Source: the human T2T-CHM13v2.0 reference genome, Homo sapiens. Taken from it: a stretch of DNA of 64,000 nucleotides. Position numbers and translations under genes: made by a program. Under the pieces are notes generated by a model. It was given only the letters and a program-made list of their open reading frames with translations. It did no database searches and had not been told where the DNA came from. Where the stretch lies: the NCBI RefSeq assembly GCF_009914755.1, contig NC_060941.1. One strand, written 5' to 3'. Below, piece by piece: positions 34,024 to 64,000 of the stretch. Numbering within the stretch: position 1 is the stretch's first letter; each line of letters opens with the position of its first letter.

Positions 34024-34744
34024 GTGGCAGGAGTAAGCAGTTGTTTACAAAGGTAGCTGCAATCATTTTTTGTTGTTCTTTTTTTTTTTTTTTTTTTTTG
34101 AGACGAAGTCTTGCTCTATCATACAGGCTGGAGTGCAGTGGCACAATCTCAGATTACTGCAGCCTCTGCCCCCTGGGTTCCAGCGATTCTCCTGCCTCAG
34201 CCTCCTGGGTAACTGAGATTACAGGTGCACGCCACCGCGCCTGGCTGGCTGCAATAGTTTTTCCCATCCCTTTATGCAAATCCCTTTTGCAACGTGACTA
34301 TGCTGCGTCAAAGGGTAGGGATTATTCCTCCACCCCTTGAATCTGGGCTTGGCCACCGGGACATTAGCAAACGTGATGCAAGCAGGGGCTTGAAAAGCAC
34401 TTGCACAAAAGGAATTACCCCTTTTTGACAGCGGCTGTAACCCTGAGACCGGTGATGTGAGCAAGCCTGGGCTGGCCTAATAGAGAGGCCTTATGCAGCA
34501 GGGCTGAGCCCAGGCAGCAGCCTGCCTATGTCCAACCAGCCAATTGCCAGACACGTGAGTGAGGTCATCTTAGGCCATCCAGCCCCATTTAAGACCCTAG
34601 AGGACTACAGACACATGAATGACTCCAGGAAAGACCAGCAGCAGAACCACTCCGGTGACCTCAGCCCAAATCGCTGATCCAGATTCATGAGCAAGCCGTT
34701 AAGTCTGGCCATGGTTTGTAACGCAGTGATCAATAACTGATATA
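34024..34744 (+). mobile_element. MLT1F-like MaLR LTR interrupted by an Alu right monomer (~34066-34245)
   Basis: TTCCTCCACCCCTTGAATCTGGGCTTGGCC...GCAGGGGCTTGAAAAGCACTTGCACA...GCAGAACCACTCCGGTGACCTCAGCCCAAAT...ATAACTGATATA. Confidence 0.75.
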
Positions 34745-34986
34745 GAAGGTACTTTGTATGTGATCGTTCCTTCATTTGGCGTCTGTTCCTACTTTTCCTT
34801 TAGTGGCTAGCTCTTGTTTTTGCCTGTCCAGACTTTATTTCACTTTCTTCCTGTAGCGGCAAGTAGGTACTTTCTGTAGGAAAATTCTTAGAAATCACAG
34901 TGCTGAATCAAAGAGTAGCTGACATTCTGACTATCTCTCCAGCTTCCACTCCACCTCCTCCGGGGTTAGTCATATAGTTTGGGTAG

Positions 34987-35770
<784 letters not shown>

Positions 35771-35849
35771 TATTATTATTTTTTTAAATGAAAAAATGGT
35801 TTGGGTAGGATGTAACTCACTTGTAGTTCTAGATGCGAGCCACATTAGG

Positions 35850-35886
35850 ACTACACTTGATCTTAGCCAAAAGGCTGAGAAGCAAT
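35850..35886 (-). pseudogene. Tailless 3'-truncated U2 snRNA retropseudogene (U2 nt 1-37)
   Basis: Minus strand reads ATTGCTTCTCAGCCTTTTGGCTAAGATCAAGTGTAGT versus U2 ATCGCTTCTCGGCCTTTTGGCTAAGATCAAGTGTAGT (two CpG transitions). TSD CCACATTAGG at 35840-35849 and 35888-35897. Confidence 0.93.
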
Positions 35887-36334
35887 ACCACATTAGGTCT
35901 AAATAAATCAAGCAAAATAATCCTATCTTCCATTCTATGATTGTAGAAAATCCTCCAGATTTGAATGAGAATACTCCCCATAGTCCTAAATGATCCCGGC
36001 CCAATATCTTGTTACTTTGTAGAAAGCCATCCTGAGGATTTGACAGCATGGGAAGGAGTTGAAGAATCCAGAGAAACAGAACCAGGCTTTATTGACCTAC
36101 CCCTGAAGCTGCATTACCTGTGGACCTTCAGTTACGGAAGTTACTGTGTTACCTTTAGTATTCAAGCCACATTGTTTGGGTTTTCTCTTACTTTCAATAA
36201 GAGCATTCTCACTGACAAGAACAAAAGGTGATACATGTTGATCAAATATTTTTCCATTGCGTCATGAGGGTTATCCACTTCCTTGATTGCAGTAACACTC
36301 TTTGCTGTCAAAAGCCCTATTTTAAACATTCCAA

Positions 36335-38588
<2,254 letters not shown>

Positions 38589-38641
38589 GAAGAAAAGAGA
38601 GAAAAATATTTGTAGATGGTACAGTCAATACATATGAACCA

Positions 38642-48670
<10,029 letters not shown>

Positions 48671-48805
48671 AACCAGGAATGTTTTAAAGAAAATAATTCC
48701 AGTTACGTTTTTGTAAAATAAAGTTTGCATGACCATGGCCAGTTCATATAGCAGGGTGGAAACAGGAGACCACTTCTTGTGGGCAGCCCAAATGACCACC
48801 CTCTC

Positions 48806-48850
48806 AGATCCCAGCTGCACCAAATCTTAGATCCCAGCTGCACCAAATCT
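48806..48850 (+). repeat. Perfect 22-bp direct repeat (period 23)
   Basis: AGATCCCAGCTGCACCAAATCT at 48806-48827 and 48829-48850. Confidence 0.97.
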
Positions 48851-48945
48851 CTGTACCTTTCCAGTCTTCAAGGTGCAGTAAACTCAAAATTAAGTAGTGA
48901 GCATTAACTTTTGCTTCCAGGGCTCCCAAGTAGAGTCTATTTTTA

Positions 48946-49500
<555 letters not shown>

Positions 49501-49609
49501 TAGCGAAGTGTGTCACTTGTATATCCACAAACCTCACCAGACTTTGGTACAAATAGGGAGGATAACTGTTGTATACAACATAATGTGGTAGTTAAGAACA
49601 AGTTGATTT

Positions 49610-50660
<1,051 letters not shown>

Positions 50661-50666
50661 TTTAAA

Positions 50667-50714
<48 letters not shown>

Positions 50715-50945
50715 TTGAGATAGGCTCTTGCTCTATCTCCCAGGCTGGGGTGCAGCGGCAGGATCACAGCTTACTACAGCCCTGACCTTCTGGGCTCAAT
50801 CAATCCTCCCACCTCAGCCTCCCGAGTAGCTGGGACTACAAGTGCACACCACCATGCCCAGCTAATTTTTGTCTTTGTTTCAAAGAGCTGGGGTTTTGCT
50901 AGCCCTGGTCTCCAACTCCTGGGTTCAAGTGATCAGCTCTCCTTA

Positions 50946-51224
<279 letters not shown>

Positions 51225-52552
51225 TCAGTGCTATGAAAGCACCTCTCTATCCTTTCAAAACTGCCCTTTTTTTTTCCCTTAGGCTCACTCAAATGGGTTT
51301 CTGTTCTTTAGAACCAAAGAGTCCTACCTACCACAATAGAGGTAAAAAGAGTTATCATGGAGTAGAAAGACAAGTCTTGGACCCAGCCCATGGGGACTGA
51401 GAAGCAGAGCTGACTTTCTTGGCAATGGGTGCTGTGAGCCAGAGACGGAATCCTCCCCTCTTCTGTTCCTTATAAAATAAATCGCATGAAAGGTTTAGGC
51501 CAGCTGAGTGAACATTAGCTATACAAAGTGAACAAGGGAGGGTATTATCCAGGTTAAACTATCATTTGTTTCCAGCTGGGAAGGAGCAGAGAGGAGAAAC
51601 TGGGAGGAAGAAAAGGCAGTGGAGGAGGGGAGGAAAAAAACTGACATGATATCGTGCCAGAAAATGCTTATATATTCACATTTGGAGGCTTCTTACCTTC
51701 GGATGAAAAATGCTGGTCAATTGCCAGGTATTTGTTTGTAAATTAGGAATTTATAGTACATTTAAGTTTACTGTAAATAAATGAACCTTCCATAAAATCA
51801 GCTTTCTGACACATTTCCAGACATTTCTCCAAAGCAGCCCATGAGAAATCCTGACTCTCTTTACCAGCAGAATTAAATAGGAGTTTTAGTTTCTCTGCCA
51901 TGTTCCTGCCTTTGCCGTTAGCTGGGATGAACAGAATGAATGATGCACAGAGGCGGGTGAGACAATGGGGCTGATTCATGGTTTGGGAAAACAGGGAATT
52001 GTCACAGAGCTAACACTGGCCCTCCTTTTTGCCGAGGACACTGCAATGTTTAGCTGAAAGCATCTTGCTTGGATTCTTCCAACCACTGGGTAAGCGTCTA
52101 AATGAGAAAAGCAATATGGGGCTCCCAGGATCCCTGGGGACGCTTAAAACAATCCTGAGATACCCTGGCAAAGCTTGTGATCTTTGTAAACAAGCAGAGA
52201 GATGTTTTTCAAACAGCTGTTAATTTCATTAAGTAGCCTAATTTTAAGGTCCCAGAACAGGCATTTCTTTTTATGCCAGGATCATCTCTGAGTTTTATAT
52301 TTGCATGCAGTCCTGGTAGCTTAGCTTGGATGTCAGTGTTAGTTAAGCTTACATTTGGATAGGCATTTTCACTTGAGCTTCAAAAAGAATTTACCCTTAG
52401 ACTAGACTACATTTGACCAAACTAAAGTTAACGGGCAATTGAGAACTACTTATTTACATTTTTATCGTTATCATATTGCACAAACTGTTTTGTGACTTTT
52501 TCATTGAACGCTATAGTTTGAAAATATTAACTTGTCAACAAATTTTAATCTA

Positions 52553-52847
<295 letters not shown>

Positions 52848-52984
52848 TCAAAAAAAAAAAAAAAAGGCCGGGCGCGGTGACTCATGCCTGCAATCCCAGC
52901 ACTTTGGGAGGCCGAAGCGGGTGGATCATGAGGTCAGGAGATCAAGACCATCCTAGCTAACATGGTGAAACCCCGTCTCTACTA

Positions 52985-53170
<186 letters not shown>

Positions 53171-53560
53171 CTACAGCCTGGGCAACAGAGCGAGACTCTG
53201 CCTCAAAAAAAAAAAAAAAAGAAAAAAGATAACTTCGAATAGATGTGTAGTGTTTGTGGATGGACCATCGTTTGTTTAACCACTCCCTTATTGTTGGACA
53301 ACTAGGTTGTTTTTTATTTTTCATAGCAATAAACCATGCTTCAGTAAAAATTATTGTAGATAAATCTTTGCACACTTTCTTATTTTCCTAAAAAAAAAAT
53401 TCTGGGCCCGGTGCAGTGGCTCATGCTGGTAATCCCAGCACTTTGGGAGGCCAAGGTGGGCGAATCACCTGAGGTCAGGACTTCATGGCAAAACCCCATC
53501 TCTACTAAAAGTACAAAAATTAGCCAGGCGTGGTGGTGGGTGCCTGTAATCCAGGTATCA

Positions 53561-53860
<300 letters not shown>

Positions 53861-54918
53861 TGAGTCGCTGGGATTACAGGGACGCGCCACCACGCCCGGC
53901 TAATTTTGTATTTTTAGTAGAGATGAGTTTCTCCATGTCGGCCAGGCTGGTCTCGAACTCCCGACCTCAGGTGATCTGCCTGCCTCGGCCAATGTTTTTG
54001 ACTCACTTCATACTGAGAAATTGCCCTCTGGAATATAATGTATACACTTGCCTAAGCATAAAATTGCTTTCCTTCACACACACACAGCTCTACGGTTTAT
54101 TTATTAATTTTCTTTTTTTTAAGTGATTTTCTTGAGTTTTCCAGGAAAGTGAGCATATAATCTACAAATAATAATAATCTTTGGGGTTTTTTTGTGTGTG
54201 TTTCATCTACTAGATGAGCAAAGTCGCAAGAATTTATGTTTCAGCATTGGTAAGAATGGGGGTAAATGGATGTTCTCAAACCCTATGAGTATACATTGGT
54301 AAGTATTTTTGGAGGATAATTTGAGGCTGTGAAAAATTTAAAATTGCATATCCTTTCACCTACTGATTACACTTCTAGGAGATTATTCTTCACAAGTGAG
54401 CAAAGATACACGGATAAAGGTATTCATTAAGAAATTTTCCTTAAGAGCAAAAATTAAAATAAAATAAAAAATTCATCAGTAAGAAATGGTTAAACAGGCC
54501 AGGTGCAGTGGCTCACGCCTATAATCCCCGCATTTTGGGAAGCTGAGGTGGCAGATTACTTGACCTCAGGAGTTCGAGACCAGCCTGGCCAACATGGTGA
54601 AACCCCGTCTCTACTAACAAAATAAAAACAAACAAACAAACAAAAAAACAAATAGCCAGGTGAGGCGGCAAGTGCCTGTAGTCCCAGCTACTCAGGAGGA
54701 GGCTGAGGCAGGAGAATAGCTTGAACCTGGGAGGCGGAGGTTGCAGTGAGCCAAGATCGCACTACTGCGCTCCAGCTTGGGCAGCAGAGCAAGACTGTCT
54801 CCAAAAAAAAAAAAAAAAAAAAAAAGCCGGGCACAGTGGCTCACGCCTATAATCCCAGCACTTTGGCAGGCCGAGGCGGGTGGATCACGAGGTCAGGAGA
54901 TCAAGACCATCCTGGCTA

Positions 54919-55329
<411 letters not shown>

Positions 55330-55430
55330 CTAAATATGCATAGAAAAGTGTCTGAAAAAGACACATCGAACTGTTGAAGGTGATTACCTCTGAGAAATGA
55401 AATAGAATAACAGGAATGTTTACTCTTTAG

Positions 55431-55664
<234 letters not shown>

Positions 55665-55689
55665 TAGTTTCAAACTCCTGACCTCGTGA

Positions 55690-55779
<90 letters not shown>

Positions 55780-55896
55780 TAAAAAAGAGGAAAGTAATGT
55801 GTCTCTTCCTTTCCAATTCCGTCATTTCTTTTTCTTATCTTATTGCATTAGATTAGAATTTTGAGAGCAGTTGTTACTATGAATAGTAATAGATGA

Positions 55897-56169
<273 letters not shown>

Positions 56170-56214
56170 TGATCCTCCCACCTCAGCCTCCCAAAGTGCT
56201 GGGATCAGGCGTGA

Positions 56215-56541
<327 letters not shown>

Positions 56542-56674
56542 CTACTGACTTTAACAGTTACACCTTTGGCCAGATGTGGTGGCTTACGCCTGTACAGTCC
56601 TACTTTAAATCACTCCTTCATAAAATCTCCTTTAAGCCTTCTAGGTGAGAATTAATCTCTTACTCCACTAGTTA

Positions 56675-57049
<375 letters not shown>

Positions 57050-57114
57050 TTATGTGGTGACATGCCAAATAAATTTGATACATCCTTTTGTACTATGTTT
57101 CTCCATATTAAAAC

Positions 57115-57369
57115 TTCAAAAATTATATATATATATATAATTGCCTCACATATTATATATATTATATATATAAATCAAAATTATATATATATCAAAATTA
57201 TATACATTATATAATATATAAAAATCAAAATTATATATATTATATATAATATAAATCAAAATTATATATTATATAATATATATATATCAAAATTATATAT
57301 ATATTATATATAATATATATAAATCAAAATTATATATATATATAATTGCCTCAAAATAATTGCCTCAAA
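57115..57369. repeat. AT-rich minisatellite (TCAAAATTATATA... units) at the 3' end of the EIF4A1 retrocopy
   Basis: About 7 TCAAAATTATATA-type motifs separated by TA runs; TTGCCTCA at 57141, 57346, 57360. Confidence 0.93.
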
Positions 57370-59063
<1,694 letters not shown>

Positions 59064-59500
59064 ATACATACATATATATATGAATGTTTCTCTCTATATA
59101 TAGAGAAACATACACTCATATATGTATATATACACATATGTATATATATGATTCTTAGAAATACACAAACGTATACATGTTACATATATGTAACATATAA
59201 GCATGCATATAACATATACACATAGTTACATATATGTAACATATACACATAGTTACATATATGTAGCAGTTACATATATGTAGCATATACGCATAGTTAC
59301 ATGTATGTAGCATATACGTATGTTACATATACATATATGTGTGTATATATACATGCATGATCCTCAGAAACATAGATATGTGTATATATATACAGACATC
59401 CTTAGAAACATATATATGTGTATATATATATACTATATATATGTTTCTAAGGATCATGTCTGTGTATATATATATACACATATATATGTATATATATATT
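59064..59500. repeat. TA/CA-rich compound repeat with a palindromic minisatellite and copies of the pseudogene 5' end
   Basis: GTTACATATATGTA(A/G)C units at 59179-59330; ATCCTTAGAAACATA-type motifs at 59148, 59356 and 59393, inverted at 59440. Confidence 0.92.
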
Positions 59501-59504
59501 TAAT

Positions 59505-64000
<4,496 letters not shown>

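Noticed and set aside
35802-35835. tRNA/A-box-like text GGATGTAACTCACTTGTAG upstream of the U2 fragment
   Set aside because: No B-box, cloverleaf or acceptor stem; the resemblance is too short.

Overview
Hominoid (most likely human) genomic DNA, non-coding and extremely Alu-dense: by eye about 100 Alu copies or monomers cover roughly half the window. No intact protein-coding gene is supported; nearly all ORFs in the track are Alu, LTR or simple-repeat translations. Recognisable landmarks are a solo ERV9 LTR12-family LTR (2135-3669, minus, ATAG target duplication), a solo HERV-E-type LTR2 (18568-19150) carrying a tiny antisense SVA 3' end, an Alu-interrupted 7SL pseudogene (28655-29283), a 37-nt tailless U2 snRNA retrocopy (35850-35886) and an Alu-interrupted processed EIF4A1 pseudogene (57370-59063). 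Older L1M, L2, MIR, MLT1, LTR33, MER5A, MER1B and Tigger4a fragments are also present. I cannot support a new biological system here. The best leads are mechanistic scars. The EIF4A1 retrocopy lacks a poly(A) tail and a visible TSD, and both ends are iterated into TA-rich direct and inverted copies. An Alu's native short stem has been extended into a 28-bp fold-back hairpin. There are two multi-level nested insertions, and the LTR12 promoter points into an inverted-Alu cluster. Repeat subfamily names are from recalled consensus sequences, not from a database search.
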